DNA from: Leptospiraceae bacterium | GTDB taxonomy: Bacteria > Spirochaetota > Leptospiria > Leptospirales > Leptonemataceae | Assembly (NCBI GenBank): GCA_040217195.1 | Contig: JAVJNR010000008.1 | Span: 320,001-384,000 of the forward strand | Direction: 5' to 3' | Length of the DNA stretch: 64,000 nt | In this document: piece by piece, positions 50,077 through 60,899 of the stretch | How the letters are laid out: each line of letters opens with the position of its first letter | Numbering within the stretch: the stretch's first letter is position 1 | Translations under genes and position numbers: made by a program | The notes under the pieces: generated by a model | Seen by the model: only the letters and a program-made list of their open reading frames with translations | The model's database searches: none | What the model was told of the DNA's origin: nothing

Positions 50077-51893
50077 GACGAACAGAGCCCTGGAAAAGAG
50101 AGGAATCCAAGATTCTTCTCAGGGATGCGCTGTTTCTAATCTTAATTCTATGGATTTCCGTTTTTCTGGCAGAAGCCTACTTTATCCGGGAAGATACTTC
50201 ACCGGTAGATCGAATCTTCATCTATCTCGTACTTTTCATTCCTCTGGGAACTCTGAACTTTCTTATCCTGTATTACTATCGTAATAAGAGGATTCGTCGC
50301 ACAGGAAACCTTCGATCATCCCTTCGTTACCGGCTCATGATTGCATTTATGGTGGTCTCCATATTTCCTTCCATACCCATCTTTCTTGTCAGTTCCGATC
50401 GAGTGGAAACGGTAATCGGAGTTCTATTCTCCCTGGATTTTCGAGGAGGCCTGCTGGCTTCGGAGGACCTGCTAAAACAGCATGAACTCAAGGAAACCAG
50501 AAAGTTTGCTGAGTATGTTTCTTTGCGACAGGCCTACCTTCCATCGGCGGCGAATTGGCCAGGAAACCTGGAAAAAGGATTTGAGCAGGATTCGGAAAGT
50601 GTATTTTTGATCGAAGACTCAAGTGTGATCAAGCGTTTCGGAGATAAGCCCCTGAATCCTCTGGAATGGGGTTCGGTGCGAAGAGCCAATGAAACCGGAC
50701 CGCCCATCTTTGCAGGAGTATCTTCCAGTCATCGATTTGCCGTGGTCACAATTCCCACAGCCCGGCCAGACAGCTATTATTTGATTACCAGACATCTATA
50801 CGCAGAGAATCCCAGGTCGGAAGCCCGGTTTCAGGAAATCGTAAATCTGGTGGCCTCTGGAAATGAGCAATGGGAAGAAAAGATTCCCTACAATCTTCGC
50901 CTGGGCCTGGCCATCGCCTATGCAATGATGATTACAATCGCTCTTGGAGTGGCCATCTTTCTGGCAAGGCAGATCTCCCATCCTATTGTTTCTCTGGCTG
51001 CGGCCACAAGATCCGTTACCCAGGGCAAACTGGATACCAGACTGGATGTAAAAGCAGAAGGAGAACTGGGCATACTTATCGATAGCTTCAATCAAATGAC
51101 CGAGGAGCTACAGACTTTAAGAGGCCGTTTGCTTCATAGCCAGCGTGTGGCCGCCTGGCAGGAAGTGGCTCGCAGACTGGCCCATGAGATAAAGAATCCG
51201 CTCACTCCAATTCAGCTATCTGCGGAAAGAATGCTCAGGCGGCTGGACCGTCCAGACCGGGGCAATCTGGAAGACATTGTTCGCTCCGGAGGAAGCACAA
51301 TTCTTGAACAGGTAAATGTCTTGAAGCATCTTGTGGAGGAATTTTCCAACTTTGCCCGAATGCCCGCTCCAAGACTGGAGCAGCATTCTTTGATGGAACT
51401 TCTACATGAATCCACACAGGCCTATGATAACCTCCCCGATATCGACTTTGATCTAAAAGTATCTCCCGATCTACCGGATCTGGCCCTGGACCGAAACCTG
51501 GTCATCGGTATGATAAACAATTTAATTCAGAATGCCATCGATGCCATTCGATCCATGGAATGGGAGCCTGAAGATGAACCGGATCGGCCATCCATACGAG
51601 TTACGGCTGCCCCTCATCTACAGGCCGGAAAGCGATATGTTCAACTCACAGTGGAAGATTCCGGACCGGGTATTGAAGAGGACCAGAGGGAGCAGATTTT
51701 CGAGCCATATTATACAACTAAGGGAGAGAAGGGAAACGGCCTGGGACTGGCTCTTGTGGAAAGAGCTGTACTGGACCACAATGCACGGATCTATGTAACT
51801 GGCTCCAGCCTGGGCGGCGCAGCTTTTCGTGTATTCTTTCCGGTACCCGATGACAATGATGGCGAGCGAGACACTCTGGTATTTCCCGTATGA
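50073..51893 (+). CDS. NtrY-like membrane sensor histidine kinase (HAMP, HisKA, HATPase)
   Basis: AWQEVARRLAHEIKNPLTPIQLSAE, NLIQNA, DSGPG and GNGLGL motifs. Confidence 0.93.
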   Translation: MRRTEPWKREESKILLRDALFLILILWISVFLAEAYFIREDTSPVDRIFIYLVLFIPLGTLNFLILYYYRNKRIRRTGNLRSSLRYRLMIAFMVVSIFPSIPIFLVSSDRVETVIGVLFSLDFRGGLLASEDLLKQHELKETRKFAEYVSLRQAYLPSAANWPGNLEKGFEQDSESVFLIEDSSVIKRFGDKPLNPLEWGSVRRANETGPPIFAGVSSSHRFAVVTIPTARPDSYYLITRHLYAENPRSEARFQEIVNLVASGNEQWEEKIPYNLRLGLAIAYAMMITIALGVAIFLARQISHPIVSLAAATRSVTQGKLDTRLDVKAEGELGILIDSFNQMTEELQTLRGRLLHSQRVAAWQEVARRLAHEIKNPLTPIQLSAERMLRRLDRPDRGNLEDIVRSGGSTILEQVNVLKHLVEEFSNFARMPAPRLEQHSLMELLHESTQAYDNLPDIDFDLKVSPDLPDLALDRNLVIGMINNLIQNAIDAIRSMEWEPEDEPDRPSIRVTAAPHLQAGKRYVQLTVEDSGPGIEEDQREQIFEPYYTTKGEKGNGLGLALVERAVLDHNARIYVTGSSLGGAAFRVFFPVPDDNDGERDTLVFPV

Positions 51894-53245
51894 AAATCTA
51901 TATCGTAGACGACGATCAAAGCATTCGCTCATCCCTCCGTGCAATTCTGGAAGATGAGGACTTCCTTGTTGAGGACTTTGCCACAGGCCGAGCCATGCTA
52001 AAGACTTTAAAATCGGAAAGGCCGGATATGGTCCTTCTGGATGTATGGATGGGCAAGGAAGATGGACTGGATATCCTGGATAAGATTCGAGCTGAATACC
52101 CGGCATTACCGGTACTGATGATTAGCGGCCATGGCACAATTGAGCAGGCCGTGATGGCCACAAAGAAAGGAGCGGTGGATTTTCTAGAAAAGCCATTGAG
52201 CCTGGATGTGGTACTGGACAGAATCAATTCCATTCTGCAGATTCCGGCCAGCAACGGAGCGAAGAAGGCAGAAATCAAACTTGGCTTCGATGAAATCATT
52301 GGCCAGTCCGAGCAGATTCACAAAGTAAAACAGTCCATATCCCAGGCAGCCCGCACCAATGCCCGAGTCTTCATATATGGAGAAAACGGCACGGGAAAAG
52401 AACTTGTGGCCCGCGCGATCTATAGAAACTCCAAACGTTCGGAAAATCCATTTGTGGATGTAAACTGCGCAGCCATTCCAGGCGAGTTGATAGAAAGCGA
52501 ATTATTTGGTCATGAAAAAGGGGCCTTTACCGGAGCATCGGATAGACGCATTGGAAAATTCGAACAGGCCAGTGATGGAACTCTGTTTCTGGATGAAATC
52601 TGTGATATGTCTCTGGCCACTCAGGCCCGGGTACTTCGCGTCCTGGAAGAGCAAAGATTCAGTCGAGTAGGTTCCACCGAAACGATTGAGGTGGATGTTC
52701 GTATTATCGCCGCTACAAACATTGATCCGTTACAGGCTATCAAGGAAGGAAAATTCAGAGAAGACCTTTATTTTAGATTAAATGTGATCCCCATTGTTAT
52801 GCCAGCTCTAAGAGAGCGACCGGGAGATATTCCTTTATTGTTGGATCATTTTTTACGACAGTCCTTAAAAGAAAATCAAATAGAACCAAGAACGTTTACT
52901 CAGGGAGCTCTAGAAGCTCTTACCTACTATCAATGGCCCGGTAATGTCCGGGAACTGAAAAACGTTGTAGAGCGAATGGCCATCTTATCGGAAGGTCCTG
53001 AGATTACAGAAACGGAAGTTCAATTGCATCTACGTCAATTTCCTGTGGAAGGAGAAGGTAACGAAGGGCCCCTCTCTTCGGATTTAAAAACTGCGCGAAA
53101 AGAATTCGAAAAAGATTATATCATGCGTGCTCTTAAGCAAAATGAAAAGAATATCAGTCAGACCGCCCGCTTTCTGGGACTGGAAAGAACTCACTTGCAT
53201 CGAAAAATCAAGTCCTTAAAAATCGATCTGGATCAAATTCAGTAG
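51890..53245 (+). CDS. NtrX/NtrC-like sigma54-dependent response regulator
   Basis: REC domain, GENGTGKE, intact GAFTGA, WPGNVRELKN and Fis-type HTH. Confidence 0.95.
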   Translation: MKIYIVDDDQSIRSSLRAILEDEDFLVEDFATGRAMLKTLKSERPDMVLLDVWMGKEDGLDILDKIRAEYPALPVLMISGHGTIEQAVMATKKGAVDFLEKPLSLDVVLDRINSILQIPASNGAKKAEIKLGFDEIIGQSEQIHKVKQSISQAARTNARVFIYGENGTGKELVARAIYRNSKRSENPFVDVNCAAIPGELIESELFGHEKGAFTGASDRRIGKFEQASDGTLFLDEICDMSLATQARVLRVLEEQRFSRVGSTETIEVDVRIIAATNIDPLQAIKEGKFREDLYFRLNVIPIVMPALRERPGDIPLLLDHFLRQSLKENQIEPRTFTQGALEALTYYQWPGNVRELKNVVERMAILSEGPEITETEVQLHLRQFPVEGEGNEGPLSSDLKTARKEFEKDYIMRALKQNEKNISQTARFLGLERTHLHRKIKSLKIDLDQIQ

Positions 53246-53305
53246 ATCGATGATTTTCAGTGGACGGGTCTTTGTAGCTCGGGTTTTTCCTGGAATACTA
53301 ATTAG

Positions 53306-54256
53306 ATGACATCAACGCAGCCAAATCCAACCGAAAGAACGATTGAGGAATCCGGATCCGCTCTGGAACAGATGCAGAGCATCCTGGAAGATCTGTCTGC
53401 ATTGCTGGATAATGAAGAATTACTCTGGAATGAAGAGGGTCAAACTCAGCCAGAGCACTTTGATTTTTCCGGAATGGGCGATATGCTTCGTCAGGCCCAC
53501 GATAACCTGAGTATAATCGATCCAAAGTCAACATTCCAGGACTCTATTCGATCATCGTCCACACCGGGCCGACCTTCAGAGAGTAGAAAGCCTGCACAGG
53601 TCTTTAGAGCGCCAGAGAATCAGACAGCCAATCAGAAATGTACTCTTTGCAGCGATCGAATCTATGCCACTCGTAGGTTTTTTATTCAGGGTCAGAAGCC
53701 AGTGCTGGTGGTTCACTTTGAAGGCCCCTTTGGAAAGCAGTCCGAGGCCCGGGACAGGTCCCAGAAGCTCTATTTTGCCCGGGAAGAGGAAGATGATTTG
53801 TTTCGCCGTATGATTGAGCGAATGAAGCTATCCATGGATGATCTTCATTTCCAGCAGCTACCGGCCTGTCATTTTGTGGCAGAAACCAGTTCGGCCGATG
53901 ACTGGAACGAAAGGACTTTGAACTGCCTGACTCACCTGGAAGAAACCATTAAACGGGAATCCATCAAACTTGCACTGATCACCGGCCCAGCTGCAGTACT
54001 TCTATTTGGCGAAGAAGGTGCCAAACAATTCTCAGAAACCGGAGAAGTGATCCAGATGCCCGTTCTGTCCCAGCAAATTGGCGCTGTAGTAATCCGCAGT
54101 CCAGCAGCCTTGCTTTCGCTGGAGAATCGAACCAGAAAAGCCCAGGCCTCCGGTGAGGAGACAGCTTACAAAGAAGCCCGGGAACAGGAAATTAAGATTA
54201 AGAAGCAAATCGTCGCCAGTCTGGAAAAGGCCTTTTCATTGCCAGGTCTGAGATAA
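53306..54256 (+). CDS. Hypothetical protein with uracil-DNA glycosylase family 4-like region
   Basis: CTLC...FEGP...LPACHF...NCLTHLEETI..ESIKLALITG pattern. Confidence 0.55.
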   Translation: MTSTQPNPTERTIEESGSALEQMQSILEDLSALLDNEELLWNEEGQTQPEHFDFSGMGDMLRQAHDNLSIIDPKSTFQDSIRSSSTPGRPSESRKPAQVFRAPENQTANQKCTLCSDRIYATRRFFIQGQKPVLVVHFEGPFGKQSEARDRSQKLYFAREEEDDLFRRMIERMKLSMDDLHFQQLPACHFVAETSSADDWNERTLNCLTHLEETIKRESIKLALITGPAAVLLFGEEGAKQFSETGEVIQMPVLSQQIGAVVIRSPAALLSLENRTRKAQASGEETAYKEAREQEIKIKKQIVASLEKAFSLPGLR

Positions 54257-54267
54257 GTCTGCCGACT

Positions 54268-56250
54268 GTGTTTGATCGCTTTGCCAGGGTATTGTTTAGA
54301 CTTCCTCTGGATCGTCCCCTGGACTACAGAATTCCTCCTGACCTGGATGTTCAAATTGGCAGCCGAGTAATCGTAAAATTAAACAACCGCGAAGAGACAG
54401 GCATAGTCTGCGAGATTACCAATCAGGCCGAAACAGATCCAGTTCTGGATATCCAGGAATTGCTGGATGTATCCATTGTAGTTACAGAATCTCAGATTCA
54501 ACTGGCTCATCGAATGGCGGATTACTATATTTGCGGCCCGGGGGAAGCGCTCTTCAAGATGTTTCCCGCTCCGCCCAGGGCATTCGAAATCAGGTCTTCG
54601 CGCAAATTAAAGATTCCAGAATTACCGGATGCCTCCGCGCCGGAACCGAAACACTCTCTAAATCCGGAACAAATATCCATCTATGAAAGCATAAAGCACA
54701 ATCAGGTAGCGGGCCGAATGCACCTCCTTCATGGAATTACCGGCTCGGGAAAAACAGAGGTCTATATTCATTTAATGAGGGATGCACTGCTCGAAGGCCG
54801 GGGCGCCATACTTCTTGTTCCGGAAATTGCACTCACGGTCCAGATGATTCAAAGGCTGCAGGAGGTCTTTGGATCTTCCATTGCACTTTTGCATTCAGGA
54901 TTACCCGGCCAGGAACGATTTCTAAATTATCTTTCGGTCTTGAATAAGCAGCGCAGGCTGGTGGTCGGCACTCGATCCGCCATATTCGCTCCCGTAGATG
55001 ACCTGAAATACATAATCATAGATGAAGAACATGATAGTTCATACCGGGAAAACAGTGCTCCTCGCTATGATGCGAGGCTCCTTGCACGATGGATAGCATC
55101 GGACAAAGCGATGATCATTGCAGGGTCCGCCACTCCCAGGCTGGAAAGTAGAAGAGCCTGCGAAACTCATCCAGATCTCTTTCAGTATCATGTAATTAAG
55201 GGACGGGCGTCTGGTGCTCTTCCCCGGGTACAGGTTGTACAGGCACCGACAAACCAGAACCCTATATCAGGACAGCTAATTACAGAGATTGAAAAAAACC
55301 TGAAAGCCGGGCAACAAACAATATTGCTTTTAAATCGGAGGGGTTATCAGCCATTCATCTATTGCGATAATTGTGCAAGTACCGTTAAGTGTCCTCGCTG
55401 CTCCGTAACTTTGCATTTTCATAAACCCAATCTGTTGCTCTGTCATTATTGCAGCTTTCAGGCCCTGAACGATGGTCATTGCCCACAATGCGGAGGCCCC
55501 ACAAAGGCCACCGGAACCGGTGTGCAGCGACTGGAAGAATTCCTGGCTTCCAGATTCCTGCAGGCCCGTATTGAACGAGTGGATACAGATACTTCTAGAG
55601 GAGGTAAGAACCTCCAGGATTCCCTGCATCGGTTCTTTCGCAAGGAACTGGATATTTTGATGGGAACTCAGATGATTGCAAAAGGTCTGGATGCTCCGGA
55701 TGTAACCCTGGTAGGTGTACTCCAGGCAGACCAGGGTCTGATGCTATCGGATTATAGAGCCCAGGAACGTACCTTTTCCTTGCTTATGCAAGTGGCCGGA
55801 AGGGCGGGCAGGGGTAGATTCCAGGGACGTGTTCTAATTGAAGCCCTTAATCCGGATCATCCTGTGATTCACCTGGCCGCCGCTCAGGACTATGGAAACT
55901 TTTATTCCCAGGAGCTGCGGCTCAGACAGGCTACCAATTATCCGCCTTTCTGTCGGCTGTTAAGATTCCTCATTCGCGCTCCCGAACAGGAGTATGCAGA
56001 AAAGAAAATCGATGAACTGGCGGAGCTACTGGAATCTGCGTTCGCCGATGGACCAGATGATCTGGAAATCCTGGGACCAGCACCGGCGCCCATCGAACGA
56101 ATTCATGACCAGTACAGAATGCATATCTTGATCAAGACCAGAACCTATGAAAAGATTCGTCCTGAACTCAAAGAGCTTCTAAAATCGTTTCGTCCTGGAC
56201 TGAGAAAGGGGCACCTGGAATTTGAACCCGATCCCCAGGATGTGGTCTAA
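54268..56250 (+). CDS. priA: Primosomal protein N' (replication restart helicase)
   Basis: HGITGSGKTEVY, LVPEIALT, IIDEEHD, LNRRGY, four CxxC pairs and QVAGRAGR. Confidence 0.97.
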   Translation: MFDRFARVLFRLPLDRPLDYRIPPDLDVQIGSRVIVKLNNREETGIVCEITNQAETDPVLDIQELLDVSIVVTESQIQLAHRMADYYICGPGEALFKMFPAPPRAFEIRSSRKLKIPELPDASAPEPKHSLNPEQISIYESIKHNQVAGRMHLLHGITGSGKTEVYIHLMRDALLEGRGAILLVPEIALTVQMIQRLQEVFGSSIALLHSGLPGQERFLNYLSVLNKQRRLVVGTRSAIFAPVDDLKYIIIDEEHDSSYRENSAPRYDARLLARWIASDKAMIIAGSATPRLESRRACETHPDLFQYHVIKGRASGALPRVQVVQAPTNQNPISGQLITEIEKNLKAGQQTILLLNRRGYQPFIYCDNCASTVKCPRCSVTLHFHKPNLLLCHYCSFQALNDGHCPQCGGPTKATGTGVQRLEEFLASRFLQARIERVDTDTSRGGKNLQDSLHRFFRKELDILMGTQMIAKGLDAPDVTLVGVLQADQGLMLSDYRAQERTFSLLMQVAGRAGRGRFQGRVLIEALNPDHPVIHLAAAQDYGNFYSQELRLRQATNYPPFCRLLRFLIRAPEQEYAEKKIDELAELLESAFADGPDDLEILGPAPAPIERIHDQYRMHILIKTRTYEKIRPELKELLKSFRPGLRKGHLEFEPDPQDVV

Positions 56251-56287
56251 AGGGCCTCTGGAACCGGCGCACAGAAAAGGATTGAGA

Positions 56288-57271
56288 ATGAAACTAGGAT
56301 ACATGGGCACACCGGAAATCAGTGCTGAACTTCTAAAAGCGCTTTTAGATGCGGGCTATGAAATAGACTATGTAGTATCCAATCCAGACCGGCCCCGGGG
56401 TCGTTCCGGCACTCCCCAGCCTTCCGCTGTAAGTGCTGTGGCCCAGCAACAGGGATTGCATCTGTATCGTCCGGAAAAGCCCGCCCAGGTCATTGAGGAG
56501 CTCAAGTTAAAGGAAGTGGATGCTGTGATTGTATTTGCTTACGGCTCCATACTTCCAGAAGGATATCTTGGCCTGGGACGCCTGGGGATTTTCAATTTGC
56601 ACGGATCCCTTTTACCGGAGCTCCGCGGAGCCAGCCCCATTCAAAGTGCCATTCTCCAGGGCCTGAAACGTACGGGCTGGTCATTACAGTTCGTATCGCA
56701 GAAAATGGACTGTGGAGCTGTGGTAGCGAAACAGAGCCTGGATATAGGAGCCGATGAAACCGCCGGAGAACTCACCGAAAGGATGGTACCGACTGGAATC
56801 GATCTGGTCTTGAATACCTTGCCGGACCTGAAGTCTCTGTCCAGCCAGGCGATGGAACAAGATGAGCAGAAAGCTACCTATTGCCGGAAAATCCTGCCAG
56901 AGCACGGATACATTGACTGGAATGAATCGGCTCAAGAAATTCACAATCAAATCAGGGGAATGAATCCCCGGCCGGTGGCCCGTAGCCTGCTAAACGGAAA
57001 GCTAATTAAGATATTTCGCAGTAGAATTCTGGATTCTGATCAGCGGGCCGCCCTGCAGGATGAAAAGCAATTGATGGCAAGAGCCCCTGGAGATCTGCTG
57101 TCTTTTAGACTGGATGGCAGACCTGCTTTGCTCGTCAAGACCGGGCAAAATCAGATTCTGCAGATTCTATCGCTGCAGCCGCAGAATAAAAAACAAATGG
57201 ATGCGGTTTCTTTTCTGAACGGGCATAAGATTCAGCCCGGTGAGCGATTTGCCATGCCAGCGGAGATCTGA
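56288..57271 (+). CDS. fmt: Methionyl-tRNA formyltransferase
   Basis: YMGTPE, PDRPRGR, NLHGSLLPELRGASPIQ and IDWN motifs. Confidence 0.95.
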   Translation: MKLGYMGTPEISAELLKALLDAGYEIDYVVSNPDRPRGRSGTPQPSAVSAVAQQQGLHLYRPEKPAQVIEELKLKEVDAVIVFAYGSILPEGYLGLGRLGIFNLHGSLLPELRGASPIQSAILQGLKRTGWSLQFVSQKMDCGAVVAKQSLDIGADETAGELTERMVPTGIDLVLNTLPDLKSLSSQAMEQDEQKATYCRKILPEHGYIDWNESAQEIHNQIRGMNPRPVARSLLNGKLIKIFRSRILDSDQRAALQDEKQLMARAPGDLLSFRLDGRPALLVKTGQNQILQILSLQPQNKKQMDAVSFLNGHKIQPGERFAMPAEI

Positions 57272-57272
57272 A

Positions 57273-58262
57273 GTGCAATACTTAAAGACCCTATTACAGA
57301 CCCTATTTCCCGTAATCGTGGCAGCCGCCGCATTTGTGCTAATTTCTGTGACCATCTTCCTGGTTCGATCCGAGGATCCTGGCAGCTTCGCGCTTCAGGA
57401 TTACAGGGGTCAGTACTATATCAATGTTCATAACGATCTGCATCGACGCAGGCTACGCGTGGAAATTGAGAAACGTAACTTCCCGGACCGTCCGGAAGGA
57501 ATTATCCTGGATCAAAACATAAGTCCAGGTACCATTGTAGAGCCCAAACAGAACTTGAATCTGGTGGTAAACCAGCATCAGCCATTGCTTACCGTTCCAG
57601 ACCTGGTGGGTACCGGCCAGGCAGGTATTAGCGCAGCTCTGGAGAGAATTGTAATTGGAGATCAGGTATATTCACTGTCTCGAGGTAGCACTTCTCTTGT
57701 ATTTGATGATGGGGTCCCAGAAGGAACCATCCTGGCTCAGTCACCGCTACCTGGCCAGAAAGTGGATCCGGATTTTCCTGTAGATTTTCTGGTAGCCACT
57801 TCGCATCCGTATCGCGGAAAGCAGATTACACCGGCCCAGCTCAAGGAACTGCCGGTGGATCTAGCCTATGAATTCTTGCTGCGAACCGGAGCATCGTTCA
57901 CCATTAAGAACATCCTGAATCCCACCAGGCCACATGAGCAGGGTCGAGTGGCTGAAGCCCGACAGACGGGCAGGGATCAGTTTGAGCTGGACGTTTACTT
58001 TCAGAAGCCTTCCGCTGCCTTTGCGTCCGGGTATGAGCAAGAAATCGTGGACATCCCGGCCGAGTACCGAGGTGAGAAGATGTGTACTCTGTATCATTAT
58101 CCAGAAAATGATCCTCAGAGCCGAAAGCCCATCTTTCGCCAGAAACAATCGTCGCAATCCGCCACTGTAGTTTTCTTTCGAAGGAACACAGAGGTTCTTG
58201 AGCTTCGATGCGAAAACAAAGTAGTGAGCCGAAAAACCCTCAGTCCTGATTTCTCAGGTTAG
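57273..58262 (+). CDS. PASTA domain-containing membrane protein
   Basis: N-terminal TM; PEGIILDQNISPG, VPDLVG and PEGTILAQSPLPG PASTA signatures. Confidence 0.85.
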   Translation: MQYLKTLLQTLFPVIVAAAAFVLISVTIFLVRSEDPGSFALQDYRGQYYINVHNDLHRRRLRVEIEKRNFPDRPEGIILDQNISPGTIVEPKQNLNLVVNQHQPLLTVPDLVGTGQAGISAALERIVIGDQVYSLSRGSTSLVFDDGVPEGTILAQSPLPGQKVDPDFPVDFLVATSHPYRGKQITPAQLKELPVDLAYEFLLRTGASFTIKNILNPTRPHEQGRVAEARQTGRDQFELDVYFQKPSAAFASGYEQEIVDIPAEYRGEKMCTLYHYPENDPQSRKPIFRQKQSSQSATVVFFRRNTEVLELRCENKVVSRKTLSPDFSG

Positions 58263-58328
58263 AGAATTTTGTCTTAGGGAATTTTGTCCTGGAGCGCCGA
58301 GGAACACTGTATCAAAGCGAGTAGTACT

Positions 58329-58997
58329 ATGGATTTATCGCCATCTATCCTGGCCGCCGATTTAACGGATCTGAAAGCAAGCTTGAAGGAGCTGGAAGGT
58401 AGAGTGGAATACCTGCATATGGATGTCATGGATGGGCATTTTGTGCCTACATTGTCCTTCGGTGAACTCTATACCAAATTGCTAAAACAACATACCAGCA
58501 TTCCGCTGGATGTGCATCTAATGGTCTCCCAGCCTGAGAAGGAGGTGCCCAAATACTTCCCTCTGGAGCCGGCCAATATCACATTTCATGTGGAAGCCAC
58601 AGATTTCGGTGTGCGTCTGGCTCGGGAAATTCGAAAGCAGGGCATCAAAGCTGGAGTGTCACTGAATCCGGCCACTCCTCTGAGCAGCCTGGATTATCTT
58701 CTAGATGAAATTGATCTGGTATTGATTATGAGTGTGGAACCTGGATTCTACGGCCAGAGCTTCATTCATTCCAGTCTGGGAAAGATTCAAAAGTTAAAGG
58801 AACTGATCGCAGATCGAGATATTACCATCGAAGTGGATGGCGGTATTGATTCCTCCAATATTGGTCAGATTCTGGAAGCTGGTGCGCGACGAATTGTAGC
58901 TGGCTCTGCCTGCTTCAAAGGCGGAGATATTGCAGGCAATATCGGTCGATTGCGGGATGCTGCTGCAGTTTCTGTTGACACCAAACATGCGTCATAA
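58329..58997 (+). CDS. rpe: Ribulose-phosphate 3-epimerase
   Basis: [32 protein letters not shown] and EVDGG motifs. Confidence 0.97.
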   Translation: MDLSPSILAADLTDLKASLKELEGRVEYLHMDVMDGHFVPTLSFGELYTKLLKQHTSIPLDVHLMVSQPEKEVPKYFPLEPANITFHVEATDFGVRLAREIRKQGIKAGVSLNPATPLSSLDYLLDEIDLVLIMSVEPGFYGQSFIHSSLGKIQKLKELIADRDITIEVDGGIDSSNIGQILEAGARRIVAGSACFKGGDIAGNIGRLRDAAAVSVDTKHAS

Positions 58998-59008
58998 TTT
59001 CTCGGTTT

Positions 59009-59251
59009 GTGGTCAAAATTCGTTTACAGAGATACGGAACCAAGAAGAAACCCTTCTACAGAATTGTAGCTGCGGACTCTCGCTATCCCAGAGATGGCCG
59101 GTTCATCGAGCAAATTGGATACTATAATCCGATTGCATTCAATGAAGCCTGCGTTCTGAAAGAAGAGAGAGTTAAGCACTGGCTTGAATCCGGTGCTCAG
59201 CCTACAGATTCAGTTCGATCTTTGCTCAAGAAGCAAGGTCTTCTAGGCTAA
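59009..59251 (+). CDS. rpsP: 30S ribosomal protein S16
   Basis: [30 protein letters not shown]. Confidence 0.98.
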   Translation: MVKIRLQRYGTKKKPFYRIVAADSRYPRDGRFIEQIGYYNPIAFNEACVLKEERVKHWLESGAQPTDSVRSLLKKQGLLG

Positions 59252-59271
59252 GATATTTTCAGGAGTTTCCC

Positions 59272-59511
59272 ATGTCCCAGGCTACCGTCTTCATTGAATA
59301 TGTACTGGAAAACATCGTTTCCCAGCCAGATGAGCTAAAGATCAGCGAAATCGCCGGTCCCGAAGAGTCCATCATTGAAGTTCGTGTGGCCGACGAAGAT
59401 GTGGGCAAGGTCATCGGAAAGGCCGGCAGTGTGGCACGAGCCCTGCGCAATGTAGTGAACGCTGTGGGCCTGAAGGATGATGCAAGCTACAGCGTGGAAA
59501 TCATTGACTGA
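59272..59511 (+). CDS. khpA: KH-domain RNA-binding protein KhpA
   Basis: DVGKVIGKAG GxxG loop; position between rpsP and rimM. Confidence 0.9.
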   Translation: MSQATVFIEYVLENIVSQPDELKISEIAGPEESIIEVRVADEDVGKVIGKAGSVARALRNVVNAVGLKDDASYSVEIID

Positions 59512-60120
59512 GTGGCCTATCTATCCATCGCTCGGCTCAAGAAGCTAGTTCATACCAATCGCTCTCTTTACCTTTGCACCTGTCCTGGAGACGGGCTTGC
59601 CAGTCTTCCGCCTAAATTTTCCGCCTTCCTGCTTCCACCCACCGGTGGTCCGGATAGTCCTCCTTTTGAAGGACAGAGCAATGAAATGCCAGGTGAGGCA
59701 ATTCCGGTTAATGCGGTCAGAGAAGGCGCCGTTTCCAATGGAAAAAGCAAGCTACAGATTCTTACTGATTCGGCTGCACCTTCCGAGCAGGAGGGGTTTC
59801 GCGGATTCTGGCTCTTTGTAGAAGATAAGGAACTGATTCAAGGGTCCGGTAATGATCTTTTTGCATTCGAATTATTGAGCTACGCCTGCGAAGATCTGGC
59901 CACCGGCTCCCGGTCTGCCAGGATAGTTGGTTATCAAGAAACCGGGGCCCATGGAATCCTGGAAGTGGAAACCCTGGAAGGTAGCCGGATTCTTGTTCCT
60001 CTGGTCGCTCCCCATGCTGTTTTAAATACATTAGATCGAACGGTTCAAGTAACCGATCTGGCTGCACTCAATCCGGAGGAGAAATCCGAAGACCCGGTTA
60101 CAGAAAGCAGTGCCGAATAA
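59512..60120 (+). CDS. rimM: Ribosome maturation factor RimM, highly divergent
   Basis: Position between khpA and trmD; C-terminal PRC-barrel-like ETGAHGILEV...ILVPLV. The N-terminal motif is not recognisable. Confidence 0.7.
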   Translation: MAYLSIARLKKLVHTNRSLYLCTCPGDGLASLPPKFSAFLLPPTGGPDSPPFEGQSNEMPGEAIPVNAVREGAVSNGKSKLQILTDSAAPSEQEGFRGFWLFVEDKELIQGSGNDLFAFELLSYACEDLATGSRSARIVGYQETGAHGILEVETLEGSRILVPLVAPHAVLNTLDRTVQVTDLAALNPEEKSEDPVTESSAE

Positions 60121-60143
60121 GGAGGCATCCCGGACAACCAGGA

Positions 60144-60812
60144 ATGGCAGGTATGATCTTTCAGATTCTAACACTTTTTCCGGAGCGCTATCGTTACTTC
60201 CTTGAAAGTGGCTTGCCTTCAAGGGGCCTTAAAAAAGCCTTGCTGGAACTGCGTTTCAGGCAACTTCGGCATTTTGCCGATCCTCGCAGATCCGGGCGCA
60301 TAGATGATTTGCCCTACGGAGGCGGACCCGGGATGGTCCTTGAAGTAGGTCCCATTCATAGGGCTCTAAAAAGCCTTCCCGATTCGTTTCCTGTGGTGCT
60401 TTTTACTCCCCGGGGAAAACGCCTGAACCAGAAAATGGTTCGGTCATTCGCCAGCTATCCGGGATTGACTCTTCTTTCCGGTTACTTTGAAGGGGTGGAT
60501 GAACGGGTGACGCAAAACCTGGTAGACTATGAGGTTTCTCTGGGAGACTTCATTCTAGGATCCGGGGATGCAGCGGCCATATGCTTTCTGGAAAGTGTAA
60601 CCCGGTTGATTCCTGGTTTCATGGGCTCGGATGAAAGTCATGTGGATGAAAGCCATGAAGAGGAAGGCACTCTGGAGTATCCGCAATATACGCGACCTCC
60701 AAAGTATCTGGACTGGGAAGTTCCTCCGGTCCTACTTTCCGGTGATCACGGAAAGATTGCCCGTTGGCGAAAGGAACAGAGCGAACTGAAGAGTCGCAAT
60801 ACGCAATACTAA
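60144..60812 (+). CDS. trmD: tRNA (guanine37-N1)-methyltransferase
   Basis: LTLFPE, DDLPYGGGPGMV, EGVDER, SLGDF, LEYPQYTRP and VPPVLLSGDH motifs. Confidence 0.96.
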   Translation: MAGMIFQILTLFPERYRYFLESGLPSRGLKKALLELRFRQLRHFADPRRSGRIDDLPYGGGPGMVLEVGPIHRALKSLPDSFPVVLFTPRGKRLNQKMVRSFASYPGLTLLSGYFEGVDERVTQNLVDYEVSLGDFILGSGDAAAICFLESVTRLIPGFMGSDESHVDESHEEEGTLEYPQYTRPPKYLDWEVPPVLLSGDHGKIARWRKEQSELKSRNTQY

Positions 60813-60899
60813 AAGGGCTGCACTGGAGCGGCCAGAAAAATATAAATGAGGCGTATGTCTCAGGGATGATGGTTTCCAGATAGAACCAGGAGTATTGAG

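Noticed and set aside
58975..59002. TTGACA upstream of rpsP
   Set aside because: CATAAT is only 12 bp away and no good -10 lies at 16-18 bp, so a promoter cannot be called.
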